Source: Sphyrna mokarran (lineage: Eukaryota). Taken from it: a stretch of 64,000 bases of DNA. The first letter of the stretch is position 1, and the number at the start of each line of letters is the position of its first letter. The DNA is taken from contig JAGIQG010000040.1 of NCBI GenBank assembly GCA_024679065.1, positions 12,090,001 to 12,154,000 on the forward strand, given 5' to 3'. Both the position numbers and the translations under genes were made by a program. Under the pieces are notes generated by a model that saw only the letters and a list, made by a program, of their open reading frames with translations, was not told the DNA's origin and searched no databases. Of the stretch, positions 1-13,318 are shown piece after piece.

Positions 1-1092
1 GCAAAACAGCCAGCGTAATTAAGGACCCCACCTCGGACATTCTCTTCCAATTTCTACTTTCAGAGAAATATAGCCTGAAGTCACTCAAGAATAGCGTTTT
101 CTCTGCTGCCATCACACTTTTGAATGGATATTACTTTGCATTAAGTCGATCTTTCTCCACATTCTGATAAAGACTGCAACACCAGATTCTGCAATCTCCC
201 ATTTCCTTCTCTATGAGTGGTACGCTTTGTATGAAAGCGCGAAAGAAAAAGATGTTTTTTTGCTGTACACTAATGTGACAATAATAAATGAAACCAAATC
301 AAATCATTTTCATTTCTCCTGACTTCCACACGATTCTGATGTTAAATTTCCTCTTCCTAAGTTTCACTCGTTCCAAACTCCCACTTTTTTTCATTTTTTT
401 TCCTGTTGTAATGAAAGGTCGTGGACGTAAAAGATGAACTTTGTTTCCCTGTCCACAAATTCTGTTTGAATTCCTAAGTTTCTGCAGCATCTTCCACCTT
501 TGCTGATGTTACCTAATCGACTTTGACCCTGTTGGAATTACCATAAGGCCCTGATATGCCAGATCCAGAACTGCTTTTGTTTCTACAAAAATATACTTCA
601 TTTGTAAAATATCTGGAAGTTTACGAACATTTCAAAGTGGCCATCACACAAAGTGCAATAATGTACAGTTCCTCCATGTATGTCATTTTGCACTCTAAGG
701 TGTATCTATTCAGTCAAATAAACATTGCAGCCGTTGCAAAATGGTCATTATCAACGGTACAAAAGCACTTCAGTTCTTTACACTCTGTTGTCGATGATGG
801 TGACAGCCTCTGAGTCCTTTTTCCCGTCTTCAGCATTTATGTACATCCCATCCATACAGAGTAAGTCATTGAGTTTGTTGTGATACGACATGTCTTGGAT
901 CGAAAGGAGTTAACTGAACTTGTTTGTTCAGTGAATGAAATTAATGTCACCCTCCATGGATCCCAACTGCGTCACTGGAGAGTTTCTCCCTTCTATTAAT
1001 AAAGGACTATTTTCAATGGAAACATAAACTCCGGCAGTCAAGCTCGAGTGAGAAGGAGTTCAGAATCTGAGAATAGATTGGGATGTTGCAAA

Positions 1093-1267
1093 ATGGATCA
1101 AGATCAGAGAACAATAGATTGGATTCTTCCAACAATCGATGAAGGTTTCTTCTTGAACATTGTCGAGTCAATTGACATTGAGAAACCTTTGAATTTCCAG
1201 ATCAAGGATATACTGGTACGGATTCAAGAGGCGTATTATCCCATTCTGGCTATTGTTGGTGTCCCTG
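1093..1267 (+). CDS. GPR139/GPR142-like class A GPCR, coding exon 1 (N-terminus to start of TM1)
   Basis: ATG at 1093. Reads MDQDQRT...YYPILAIVGVP and ends G|GTGAG (phase 1 donor). Joins exon 2 in frame to give GVPVNLVTIVIL. Confidence 0.8.
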
Positions 1268-3184
1268 GTGAGTTTCTCTATCCATTTTTTAAAAATTCCA
1301 TAAAACATATTGAACTGTATTTTTCTTCTGCGTGTCTTCATTTTGAAAAAATAAAATGAATTCATCCTCTTCAGCTAGTCACTAATTCCATTATCAATAT
1401 AGTGGCCCTTATGTCCCTCTCCGGCTTCTGTCTGGGGCTGTTCACAACTTCCAATTTCTTCTCGACCCAAACTAGATTTCCAACATCATATTCCGTACAT
1501 CCAGATCCAATCCACTGTCACCCCCAACTCTGCCTCAGCTCAGCCGGGTAATAAGACATCGTAGCCTTGCTAATTTTATCAATCTTGCGATTGAATCCTC
1601 CAAGGTTTCACTTTTGCTACTAATCCCATTCTCCTGTCCTTTTCCCAGATTCCTGCAAATTCTTCCCATTCATGATTTCCCGAATTACTCGTTTGAAATG
1701 TATTTATTTTTCGCCTCCTGTTTGTGATTCATCTCCACATGTTCATCATTGCGAGCTTATAGAAACACAGAAACAATAGATTGAAATGGGAGGCGCCCTC
1801 ATTCACTTCCCGCTGCCTTCTGTGGGATACCTATGTTGGAGGGGACATTTGAACATCTCTGACACATGCCACATGTCTTTGTAACTTGGTTTATGCCTGT
1901 CCATTAGTCATTCCCAGCAGGACGTATGTTCAGCCACACGAGAAAGCTCCCTTTAATTTTTATTTTTATCTTAAATATATTTGCTTTCTGTTAATTTAGC
2001 ACACAGTCATAGCTGGTGGAATGCAGATTGATAATTTACCCATATATAAATATGGACGAATCCATTAGAATTCAATCACAGTGTTCTGTATGCACAGAAC
2101 TTCCACATATACAAAAAAGAGAGATGAATTAACAACAGGGGATAAAAGAGGATAACCGTCAGCAGTGTGTACTAGCTACAAGACGCACTGCAGCAATTCA
2201 ACAACGGTTCTTAGACAGTACATTCCAAAACCACAATCGCTTCCATCTTGAAGGATAAGAGCAGCAGAAACATGGGAACACAAGCACTTGCAAGTTCTCC
2301 TCCAAGCCACTCATAATCCTGACTTGGAAATATATTGGTTATTCCTTCGCAGTTTCTGGATCCGAATCCTGAATTCTTCCTCAATGGCATTGTGGGTCAA
2401 CTTACAACACATAGACTGCAGGGATTAAAGATGGAAGCTCACCACCACGTTCTCAAGGGCAACTAACGAGGGGCAATAAATGTTGGCTGGCCAGTGACGC
2501 CCATGTCCCATGTACACACCATGCTGTAGAGAGGCAGTGCTACCTAGCCTATGGACAGCTTGTAACAGAGGTCAGACCTTATGGAGCCAGTGTATTTGAG
2601 GTTGGGGTTCCATACTTGCCAGAGTGTGTCAGATTTGGATCAGGATGTATAAGTTAGGAATTCCATTGGGGCACGTTCCATAACAATTGGATGCCAATTC
2701 TGAACAGAAGGAGACTATTCACTGATCCATGACCAAAGGATATTCCTTGCATATGTTAGGATATTGTCCACATTTTTCCAATTGGCATCATTTTTTTAAT
2801 CTTTGATCCCCAGTATCAAGAAAATAAAAGTCAAATTGTCAGACTACATCAAATATCGTCTCCAGCTCTTTAAATATGCCCAACCAGTAGGATTTAACTT
2901 TAATATAGGAACAAACTTAACAGCTTTTTTCAAGGTTCACAAATGGTCCTAATTAATATTATTTTATCCCATGTCTCTGAAGGTATTTCAAGTGATCATC
3001 CTAGTATCTTTTAAATGTTGTCAGTCTGTCAGTGTGTATGTGTCGTGTCTACAGGAAGGATGTTACCAGCTATTTACTCCACACTCCTGAGGCCAGAGAA
3101 TTTCACAAAAAGCCAAATCTTCATTCACAGCCTCAGGATGGGAAAATTCCACTGACCTGAATGGCAACGAATTTCCTTCTCTGT

Positions 3185-3570
3185 GTTCGTGTGTGTGTTT
3201 ATCTGTGTGTTTATGCATATGTTTGTGTGTGAATTTGTGTGATTTTGGTTTGAGTTTCTGTTTCTATTATATATTTCTGTGCATGTATGCCTGTCTCTAC
3301 ATATGTCAATGTATGAGTGTGTGTGCGTGCATGTGTGTTTATGTGTATGTGTGTGTGTGCGTGTGCTTGTGTGTTTGTGTGTGTGTGTGTGTTTATCTTT
3401 GTGTGTATGTTTCTGTATATGAGTGTATATGGGTTTGATTTGATATATTTCTGTCTGCGTGTGTTTTTGTGTGTCTGTGCATGTGTGTGTGTTTATCTGT
3501 GTGTGTGTTTCTGCATATGAGTGTGTATGTGTGTGATTTGACATAATTCTGTGTGTTTGTGTGTGTGCGT
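3185..3570. repeat. (TG)n-rich simple repeat in GPCR intron
   Basis: Degenerate TG dinucleotide run that produces spurious C/V and H/T ORFs. Confidence 0.9.
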
Positions 3571-4239
3571 GACTAGCTCTGAGCACCAGCTCACCAATCT
3601 TTCAGAATAAAAGCCAAAAGAAAAATCCAACATCTATTTGTCTTCAAGAACCGAAGGGATAATCATTTTCGGTCTACAAACATTTCAATATCCATCTTAA
3701 GGAGCAAAAAGTATGACATCTTCTGTTCTGCATTTTTAATAGTCTAATTCCAACCCTGGAGGATTTAAGCACTCTCTCTCACAAAGATATCTTGTTGCAG
3801 TGAGTAAATCTTTGTGAAAAGATGGAAATTATCCACACTTCTCTCTGCCGCTAACAGGCCCATCATCTTTGGCCCATCCCAATCATCCCAACTCCCTAGC
3901 ATTCCTGAGTTCTCAATCACCTCTGCCTCCCACTGCTGTCACCAGGATCCCGCTTCACTTTAAGTTCTCTGCGTCACCTCTGACTCCATGTGTCATTTCT
4001 GCCTCCTCTGTTTATTTCATAGTGTAATCATAAAAATTATAAGGTCTCTGCAGTTCAGTAGGAGTCCATTCAGCCCATCAAATCTGCACCGTCAGTAATG
4101 CTGCCCATGCCCTATCATTGTAACCTCACGCTGTTCCTCTGACATTAAGGGGAAATTCAAAAGAAGTCTGTTCCTCGTACCCCGAGATATTTACTCTGCT
4201 AATCCCCCTGATCTGTGCATCTTTGGATAATCCACTTAA

Positions 4240-4525
4240 ACTCTACATCTTTGGAATGTGGGAGGAAACCGGTGGAAACACGCACAAATATGGGGAGAAT
4301 GTGTAAATTCCACACACTAAGAAGTCTCACAACACAAGGTTAAAGTCCAACAGGTTTATTTGGTGGCAAACACCACTTGCTTTTGGAGCACTGTTCTTTC
4401 GTCAGGTGAGTGGGAGTTCTGTTCACAAACAGGGCTTCTACCATACAGACAGAGACCTAAGGCTGGAAATGAAACTGGGCCTCTGGTGCTTAAAGTAGCA
4501 GCACTAACCACTGTGCCTCCATGCC
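4240..4525 (-). mobile_element. tRNA-derived shark SINE interrupted by a Penelope-like terminal fragment (about 4319-4452)
   Basis: SINE-type TGTGGGAGGAAACCGG...CACAC and GCACTAACCACTGTGC flank AAGAAGTCTCACAACAC...TTCGTCAGGTGAG, which matches the element ends at 19740 and 46110. Confidence 0.6.
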
Positions 4526-4715
4526 AGCTAAATCTATGATATGAAGGAATCTGTGATTCCTCCCATTGTATCACAGACGTTTCCATTATATTCTGTATTT
4601 ATCCTCATGCAATACAGGGTGCAGTAGAAAGTGTCAATAACTCCTCATTCAAATTGGTCATTTTGCCAGGAAGCTGATGCATATTTTCATTGTTTATTTC
4701 CTTCCTTCCTTACAG

Positions 4716-5614
4716 TGAACTTAGTCACGATTGTGATCCTCATCCACAAAAACTGTGATCTCTCCAAATGTGTCACTCGTTACCTCATGGCCATGTCATT
4801 GGCGGACCTTCTGGTTATTATACTCGACCTGATATTGAGACACATTCCAGTTGTTTTTAATGAACAATTTATTTTCCTGGAATCCATCCCCGTGTGCAAC
4901 ATCCACGCTGTCCTGCTTTATGCAATCACTGACTGTTCTGTCTGGTTCACCGTCACTTTCACCTTTGATCGATTTGTGGCCATTTGTTGTCAGAAGCTGA
5001 AAATTAAATATTGCAGTGAGAAAACGGCGATTGTGGTCCTGGGAACAGTGACAGCACTGAGTTGTTTAAAGAATATTTTCTGGTATTTTATGGTAACAGG
5101 TCAGTATATATTGATAAATGACCCTTGGTTTTGTAATTACTCATTTGATGTCATGTTTTCTCCAGTCTGGGGAGCAATTGTGTTCCTTCATTACATTGTA
5201 AACCCGTGTATCCCATTTGTTCTGATTCTGCTGTTCAATGTTCTCACCGTCAGGCACATTTTAGTGATGAGCCGGGCCCGCAGGAGACTTCGGGCTCAGG
5301 GCAATGGGGAGAGTCTCAAAGACCCAGAGATGGAAAGTCGAAGGAAATCCATCATTTTACTGTTTGTTATTTCAGTCAATTTCATCCTGTTATGGTCAAC
5401 GTTAATGGTTGATACTTTGGCTTTTCAGATGTTCTGGTTGGGGTATCCATCCCTATATAACAAAGCATTTGTTCAGGATTTGGGCTTCATGCTGCAGCTT
5501 CTGAGTTGCTGCACCAACACTTTTATTTATGTGGTAACCCAGAATAAGTTTAGGGAGCAGTTGAAAATTCTGCTGAAGTATTCATTTACTCCAATTCTCC
5601 ACTTCATTAAATGA
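4716..5614 (+). CDS. GPR139/GPR142-like class A GPCR, coding exon 2 (TM1-TM7); spliced product about 357 aa
   Basis: Polypyrimidine tract plus TACAG acceptor at 4711-4715. Motifs YLMAMSLADLL, TDCSVWFTVTFTFDRFVAICC, PCIPF and LSCCTNTFIY; seven hydrophobic segments; stop at 5612-5614. Confidence 0.88.
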
Positions 5615-6271
5615 TTAGCAGAATTAAATCATAAAGCTTTTCCAGAATTTCTCATGTAATTTTACATTTCCTGAAGGAGAGGTGGGACAGGCCCCATAGG
5701 ATTTTCGTCTCATATTTGGCCAAGAAACTGCTCAATATCCAGTGATCTTATTCCAATTTGACAGAAAACCAACTGTATCTCAAATGCTCCCTTTACCATT
5801 CCAGCTGCCTGTCATCCTGCTGCTTCACACTAGTTGTCATGATGTGGAGATGTCAACATTGGATTGGGGTAAGCACAGTGAGAAGGCTCACAACACTAGG
5901 TTAAAGTGCATTTTAACTTGCTGTTGTGAGATGTCTTACTCACACTGTGTGGATAGGTTTCATTAAACCATCACTTTCTTGGACAGTGGGTCTACATTTT
6001 GCAGGGTGCACCATGGGCTGAGCAGAAGTGAGATCATAGAAACTGCATGAGATAACCAAAATGAAGTGAGGGTACAGAGGAAATTCACACTGATAGCAGG
6101 GGTTAAGGGTTAAGTTGTGGGCTGTCGAACTACAGCCAAAAATGGGAAGAGGAATTAAAGGGGAACTGGAATGTTATTAGGATCCAGAATCAGTCTCAGC
6201 AACAGAGTGAGTGAGAGATGAATTCTGTGGAAAGAAAACAGTAGGATCAAACATCTAGAAAGAGAGACAAG

Positions 6272-6425
6272 NNNNNNNNNNNNNNNNNNNNNNNNNNNNN
6301 NNNNNNNNNNNNNNNNNNNNNNNNNNNNNNNNNNNNNNNNNNNNNNNNNNNNNNNNNNNNNNNNNNNNNNNNNNNNNNNNNNNNNNNNNNNNNNNNNNNN
6401 NNNNNNNNNNNNNNNNNNNNNNNNN
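6272..6425. other. Assembly gap; further gaps at 16461-16561, 41466-41596, 42728-42783 and 60425-60620
   Basis: N runs. Confidence 0.99.
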
Positions 6426-6890
6426 GGTGGGGGACAATGATAAAGACAGAGGATAGCGAGAGAGAGGGGGACACTGAGAGCGGAGCAGAAACGAGAGAAT
6501 GGCCATAGAAAGAGAAAGTGGGGCAGTGAAAGCATGGAGTACAGAGTTAGAGAAAGAGCCCGAGATGAAGAGCAGCAGACAGAGAGAGAGAGAGAAATAG
6601 AGAGAGGGAGGGAGAGATAGAGGAGCCACAGTGAGAGTGGCAGCAGAGAGAGTCCAAGGTTGCTGTTCTCTGCCTTGTGGTCGAAGTGTGGTGAGCGGGT
6701 ACTATGAAGAAAATACTTGGACTTTTGCCACATTGAAAATGATACAATAATTGGAGCAGTGCCCCTACAAAAAATACCCAGTTTCTGCATTTATAACTCT
6801 CTCTCTGACTGTGAAAGTCAATCAGCCAACAAAATGACTGCAAAACATTTCTGAAATCAATGTTGAAGATCTTGACACCTAAAGAATCAA

Positions 6891-7001
6891 CAACTGCGAA
6901 AAAAACCTCGGCTCAACTCTCAGCATCTCCGGGAATAAAAAACAGACACACTACTACAACTTGCGAAAAAAACCTCGGCTCAACTCTCAGCATCTCCGGG
7001 A
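6891..7001 (+). repeat. About 43-bp direct repeat, two copies
   Basis: TGCGAAAAAAACCTCGGCTCAACTCTCAGCATCTCCGGGA occurs at about 6895 and about 6962. Confidence 0.85.
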
Positions 7002-7431
7002 CAAGCAACTTTTTATTTGTATTTACTTATTATTAAACACAATTGTCATTCGTAATATGTATGAATGCAGAGGGATCTGTCTTTCTATTCATTCTTATGC
7101 CCTTAGTAGGGAATAAAATTTCTTGGTGGAATTTAGGAATTCATACACCCGTTGTGCAGAAGAAAAATGTTTTAAAATCGGGCATGAATGAGTCAGCATG
7201 AATGACACCCGTTGCGATTTTACAATACCTGGATTTTCAGCGTGGTCGGCCTCACACCAGGAATGGGCTAAAGGTTGATTACTTCACTTAATTTTGTTTA
7301 AGTGTTGAATTCAATGTGTTTGATGACCTGGCACTCAATTGTCTGGGCCTGCTTGCCTTTATGGCCTCCCTCTGAAAGTTTCTCATTAACGAATAAAATA
7401 GCTGCTCAACCTGAATGGGGAATAGTGGACC

Positions 7432-8050
7432 TAGAACATAGAACATAGAACATAGAACATTACAGCACAGAACAGGCCCTTCGGCCCTCGATGTTGCGCC
7501 GACCCATATAAAAAGCAATGCCCCTCCAAACTAAACCATTCCCTTCTCTTCCATATACTTATCAACTAACTCTTAAACGCCACCAAACTTGGCGCATCTA
7601 CAACTGCTGCAGGCAGGGCATTCCACTCCCGAACCACCCTTTGGGTAAAGAACCTGCCTCTGATATCCGTCCTATAACTATCACCTCTTAATTTAAAGCT
7701 GTGTCCCCTCGTGCTAGCTTTCTCCATCCTAGGGAAAAGGCTATCACTGTCCACCCTATCTAAACCTCTAATCATCTTATATGTTTCAATAAGGTCTCCT
7801 CTTAGCCGCCTTCTTTCTAACGAAAACAACCTCAAAATCCCTCAGCCTCTCTTCATAAGACCTGCCCTCCATACCAGGCAACATCCTGGTAAACCTCCTC
7901 TGTACCATCTCCAATGCCTCCACATCTTTCTTATAATGTGGGGACCAGAACTGCACACAATACTCCAAGTGCGGCCCCACTAGAGTTTTGTACAGTTGCA
8001 ACATGACGTTACGGCTCCAAAATTCAATCCCCCTACCAATAAAAGCTAAA
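7432..8050 (-). mobile_element. 5'-truncated CR1-type LINE (RT C-terminus plus 3' UTR)
   Basis: ORFs with PHLEYCVQFWSPHYKKD and LFSLERRRLRGDLIE; (ATAGAAC)n tail; closely similar to the 3' end of the element at 30781. Confidence 0.9.
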
Positions 8051-9264
8051 ACCTGGAGGACCTGGAGCTTTTGAGGCACTCAGAGTAAATTGATTGCAAA
8101 ACAGAGGCACCCCCTTGGGCAATTTCAGACTGGCACTGCCAACCTGGGGCCTGGGCTATGTTAGTCTGGCACCTGGGCAATGTTAACCTGGCATCTGGAC
8201 CATGCCCATCGGATAGTAGGAGTCGGGGCCAGTGGGGAAAGTGCCAGGGGTGGGGATACCTGCGCGAATCCATGAGGAAGGGGGTCCCACTGCCACTTTG
8301 CCTGTGATTGGTGATACAAGAAGGAAGGTTGTGAGTGAGCTGGCTGACAGGGATTGCATCTCAGACCTCTGATCCCCGTGATTGTGAGGTGGGGCGGCGG
8401 GGAGAGCGGTGAGCTAATTGTGACTGCCTGTAGCAGCAGGGGTCTGACAGCTCTCTCTCTGTCTGAGAGACATGTGCAATTCCTCCTCTACAGATTTTTG
8501 GTGAGTTAAGTCCTGCTCACAGCCTCTCCAGCTAGAAATTGACTATCCCATATTTTCAGAGAGACATTGTGTATGAAAACTTGTCCCTAAAGCTGATCTG
8601 GAAATCTCTCATTTTCAGACTAGCTGGCCTCTTTGAAAAAATCTTGTAAAATTGTGGTGTGCATTCAATCAAAAAAAAGACTGATTAAATTAGCTCCTGC
8701 TTCGAACATAGCTATTGGTCTGTAAATGATATTAAAGTGAAAGAAATCCTTGATATATTAAATATTGAAGCAACGTGCAGAGGATGGATTGAAAAAATTC
8801 AATGGAACCAGTCAGGCCTCCACACCCAGGCCCATGTTTTTTTATGGGTGGGGGAGGGGGTGGGAATGTGACAAAAGAGAGAGCGAGAAAGACAGAGAGG
8901 GAAGGAGGCAAGTTCGATGGATTGACAGTGAGACGTGGGGAAAAAGAGAATTGAGGCAGGAAACTAGTGCGATAGATTGAGAAGGTATGGATAGAGGGAG
9001 GACGGGGAGGGACAAGACAGAGAGAGAAAGAGACAGAGAAAGAGGAGCGAGAGAAACAGATTGGAAATGAGAGAAACAGATCAACAGGATAAGCCAGAGA
9101 GACACAGCCAGAGAGTGTGAGAACAAATGTAGAGAGAGGAGAGGCAATTAGGCACCTGGAGGCAGAAAGGGAGAGATGGATATAGAGGGCACAAACAGAA
9201 ACTGATGATGCAAAGGAAGAGAGCAAGAGGTGAGAAAAGGCATAGAGACAGGAAAACGTCACAG

Positions 9265-9400
9265 AGTGTTTGGTTTAATGGAGCCAGGATGGAGACAATG
9301 TTGGGTATAAATTTCCCATAGTAGGTTACCAACTCCAAAAATGCTCTGGAATCCCAGATGGATGTCAGAGCCGGGGCATGTTTTATCATCTGCAACTTTT
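9265..9400 (-). mobile_element. Gypsy-type LTR retrotransposon pol fragment
   Basis: IKHAPA...RAFLELVTYYGKFIPNIVSILAPLNQ resembles the RT/RNase H connection motif (FLGLVNYY.KFIPN...APL). Confidence 0.6.
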
Positions 9401-9719
9401 TCTCCGATTTATTGCTCAACATTGTCCAAACCTCATTGTTCTGACTTTATCCTCAAAAGTTCATGTATGAATAAAAAAACTTCTCTTGTTCCTTATTAGC
9501 AATCTGTGCTGTTGAGCTGTGTTTTCTCTCTTTCTGGTCTCTGTTACAGTTGTACAGATCCTGGGCAGTTCAGATCGAATGGATTCTGATCCATTCTGAA
9601 GCTCAAAGATCGTATTCACAGTGTTAACTTTAAAATCAGTTTTCCTGTCAAATATTCTCTGAATTTTTAAATAAACATTGAATGCAAAATTAACTAATTC
9701 TGACTTTGTCTAACTCCAT

Positions 9720-10550
9720 CTCTTTTTCTCTATATCTCTGTTAGTATGATTTTGTGTGTGTGTCTCTACACACCACTCTACATATCTGTGTGCTTCTGTG
9801 TATTTCTCTGTTTCTGTGTCTCTTTCTGTCTCCTTGTCTGTACCTGTGTATCTCTCTGTGTTTCTGTACTTCTCTGTATCTATGACTCTCTATGTCTGTG
9901 TATCTATGTCTGTGTCTCTATCACTCTGCCTCTCTCTCTGATTCTGTCTCTCTCTCTGTCTCTGTATTTCTCTATATTCATATCTCTCTGTGTCTCTGTG
10001 ATTTTTTTTCTCTATTTGTCTCTGTGTTTCTCTGTGCCTTTGTCTTTTTTCTCTCTGTGTGTCTGTTTGTCTCTGTATTTCTCTGTGTCTCTGTATTTCT
10101 GTGTTTTGCTCTGTGTGTGTCTGTGTGTCTCTATGTTTCTCTGTGTCTCTGTATTTCGGTGTTTTTCTCTGTGTGTGTCTGTATGTCTTTGTGTCTCTGT
10201 GTTTCTCTGTGTCTCTGTATTTCCGTGGTTTTCTCTGTGTGTCTGTGTGTCTTTGTATCTCTGTGTTTCTCTGTGTCTCTGTATTTTTCTCTCTATGTGT
10301 CTCTGTGTTTCTCTGAGCCTTTGTGTTTTTTCTCTGTGTGTCTGTGTTTCTCAGTGTCTCTGTCTCTCTGTGTTTTTCTCTCCCTCTGTCTGTGTGTCTC
10401 TGTCTGTCTGTGTTTTCTCTCTGTGTGTCTCTGTCTCTCTGTTTTTCTCTCTACGTTTCTCTGTGTTTCTCTGTGTCTCTGTCTCTCTCTGTGTCTCTGT
10501 GTCTCTGTCTCTCTGTTTTTCTCTCTCCGTGTTTCTATGTCTCTGTATTT
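9720..10550. repeat. CT/GT-rich low-complexity repeat
   Basis: Degenerate (CTCTGTGT)n; all ORFs here are compositional artefacts. Confidence 0.9.
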
Positions 10551-11039
10551 AAGACAGATATAAGTGACATACGGCACAGATTCTAGTAACAGAGAGAGGT
10601 TCAGTGCTTAGTTTACTGATTCAAGGCTCACATTGTAATAATGGGAGAGGTTTAGCACAGAGATTATTGATACAAGGCTCAGATTGCAATAACAGAGAGG
10701 TATAGGGCAGAAGAGGTTTAGGACAGAGATTACTGATAAAAGGCCCAGACTGTAATAACCAAGAGTATATTAATTGTAGTTAATAGTTTTCTTGTAGTTT
10801 AATTTTCATGTATAATCAAATAACTTTTCTCGTTCCTTATTCACAATTGTTCATTTTCTGTGATGTTGAGCTGTGTTTTTCCTCTTTCTGGTCTCTGTTA
10901 CAGTTGTACAGAAACTGGGCAGTTCAGAATTTTTTTGAGACAAAGCTGATTTTTCCTAATATTCCCCCCGCCATCAAACTGAGACAGCGATACTCCCACC
11001 TGCCCCCTGTTCCCCCCAAGTACATTTGCCCCAGTGTCA

Positions 11040-11300
11040 GCATGATGGTATTGTGGTTATCACTGCAGCCTCACTGTGCTAGGGACGTGTGGGTCATTTG
11101 CACGTTTTCCCCATTTCTGTGTGGGTTTCCTCCTGTTTATTCCCCCAGTCTGAAAGACGTGCTGTGTTAAGGTGCATTGGGCTGTGCTTAAATTCTCCCT
11201 CAGTGTTACCCGAACAGGAATACGGAGACTAGGGGAATTCTTACAGTAACTTCACTGCAGTGTTAATGTAACCCGACTTATTCGTGACACTAATAAATAA
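11040..11300 (+). mobile_element. Shark tRNA-derived SINE; related copies at about 14340-14480, 18160-18410, 44420-44675 and 61810-62120
   Basis: Shared TTTGCAC.TTCTCCC.GTGTCTGCGTGGGTTT...AAAGACGTGC core. The 11040, 18160 and 44420 copies end in GTGACACTAATAAATAAAC. Confidence 0.7.
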
Positions 11301-12425
11301 ACTTAAACTGCAGGTCTAGGTGCTGCTGTGGCAATGCACCCTCTTGTTTAAACACTCTGCAATGCTGAGACTGGGGAGAGGAGTGAACAACAGGGAGCAG
11401 CATTGCAGCTTCTCTCCCCCCCATTGAAACTGGGATTGTTGCTCCATCTGTGCACCATCCCCACCACATCCACTAGGGGGCAATCTAGACAATGGGCTGC
11501 CGGCAGGACCTCACTGCGCCTGCGCCACAATCACACCCACCGCTGCCGCCCATCTTGCGTTGCCAGGGGAGGCGGCCAGCGGCCATCTTGCGTTGCCAGG
11601 GGAGATGGCCAGTGGCCATCTTACGTTGCAAGGGGACACGGCCAGTCGCCATCTTGCGTTGCCAATGGAGACGGCCAGCGACCAACTTGCGTTGCCAGGG
11701 GAGACGGCCAGCGGCCATCTTGCGTTACCAAGTGAAACGGCCAACGGCCATCTTGCGTTGCCAGGGAAACGGCCAACGGCCATCTTGCGTTGCCAGGGAG
11801 ATGGCGTTGCAGACGCTGCACTCTGGGGGAATTCCACTGCCGCACATGCACCCAGGCAGTAACTTTTTAATCTTTTAATATTTTGAATCTTAATGATTAT
11901 TATTCACATCCTCACCCGTCAGACTTTCGGTTCCTTCTCCATTCGGGAATATCGTTTCTTTTTTATTTTTTTCAATCTCACCCACGCGGTGCGCTCTGCG
12001 AAAATACCAATGCACATGCGCGGTTCCGCCACCTGTCTCTTTATAAAAATATGTAATTTATTTAATTTTAATTCCGCTCCCGGCGGGATTTCCGGGTGGG
12101 AATTTCTCTCACTTTCGACATTTCTGAACAGTCGCTTTTTCCTCGACCGGGGGGCGGGGCTGATGGCGACGTCATGCAACATGGTGGCTGGCCCCGCCTT
12201 TCTTCAGGACCCGGCTGTTCCGCCAACGAACAGCGGCCGGGCCGGAGTTGGCAAGAGGTGACACTGGGCGGAGCAGCGCCCGGGCGTTGTACAGCGACTC
12301 CTCGCGGTCAGGAAGGGAAACAGCAGCAGCACAGTCTCTGCCCAAAGCCTTCCCCAGTTCAGCTGCTCAGACACACTGGGAACCTCTTCAACTGAGAACT
12401 TCAGCTTCTCACATTCACCCGCCGT
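11300..12425. promoter_or_regulatory. CpG-rich promoter-like repeated element, with copies at about 18410-19350 and 44675-45620
   Basis: CpG-dense; GCCATCTT (YY1-like), GTTGCCAGGG (RFX half-site-like), GCACATGCGC (NRF1-like), GACGTCA (CRE-like) and GC boxes. Function is inferred from motifs only. Confidence 0.45.
11548..11810 (+). repeat. 33-bp minisatellite, about 8 units (GGCCATCTTGCGTTGCCAGGGGAGACGGCCAGC)
   Basis: Units start at about 11548, 11581, 11614, 11647, 11680, 11713, 11746 and 11778. Confidence 0.9.
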
Positions 12426-12857
12426 GTTCAGTCATTGTTTAGTATAAAAGTCCCTATAGTGAGATCGGAATCAACTTGTTCACACTAAAGGTGGTGGGGA
12501 TCCGAACCATTCTGCTCAAAAGGCTGTACTTGCCTTGAAATTTCAATTGAAATGGTCAAGATGAGAATTTATAGATGCAAGTCATGTTGCATGTGGAACG
12601 CTCATGGTGCCACAATAAGATCAGTGCAGACATCTCACAGGGTTGTGTGACTGCAGGAGATGTCAGAGATGCGGTTTCATAAGAGAAAGGGAATAACCAA
12701 CACACTACAGCAGCGCTGCCGATCAAAGGAATTAAAGAGACTTGTATAGAATTGAAAACAGTGCGGTCATGCTGCAGTTCTGGAACAGGTTTTCAGAAAC
12801 AGAATCTGATCATTGGTCACAAACTGGTTTAGAATATATTTAACTGCTGCTGTCTTA

Positions 12858-12931
12858 GTCTCTGTGGCGCAATTAGTCAGCGCGTTCGGCTGTTAACCGG
12901 AAGGTTGGTGGTTCGAGACCACCCAGGGACG
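12858..12931 (+). tRNA. tRNA-Asn(GTT)
   Basis: GTCTCTGTGGCGCAAT...CGGCTGTTAACCG...GGTTCGAGACCACCCAGGGACG; canonical vertebrate tRNA-Asn with a few substitutions. Confidence 0.88.
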
Positions 12932-13318
12932 GGATTTTACTATTTTCTCACCATCAGCATTCACAGGCAAACAGTTGTCTCTTGGGAATGGATCCGTGGG
13001 TGCCAATAAATAAAAAAACTGTCAATTGTTCCTGGTTGTGCTGTTATCTGGTGTTACCAATAGTATTTAACGACGATTAACCTCAAACATATTACATATA
13101 ACATCATACACATACTTCCATTATAACATTAAACTTAAAAAAATCATGTTCCAGCTAACAGAAATCGCTGCTTTCATTGGCTGAAGCAGTCACTTCTGTG
13201 TGAAATATACATGATAATTTCATGGATAATCTTGCATTTGGTGAAGAAAAAGACAGGCACAAAACAAAAGGCAGGTGGTTCATGGATAAATCAATATTTT
13301 ATAAAATACGCATCAGCT

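Noticed and set aside
4631-4715. N-terminal extension of the 327-aa ORF
   Set aside because: Intronic read-through upstream of the splice acceptor; the true N-terminus is exon 1.
9746-10586. Long Cys/Val/Ser/Leu-rich ORFs (also 3125-3586, 8732-9262, 20650-20936 and 47012-47260)
   Set aside because: They are translations of dinucleotide-type simple repeats open in several frames.
11403-11878. Repetitive ORFs and a CRISPR-like appearance
   Set aside because: Head-to-tail 33-bp minisatellite with no unique spacers, in eukaryotic DNA.
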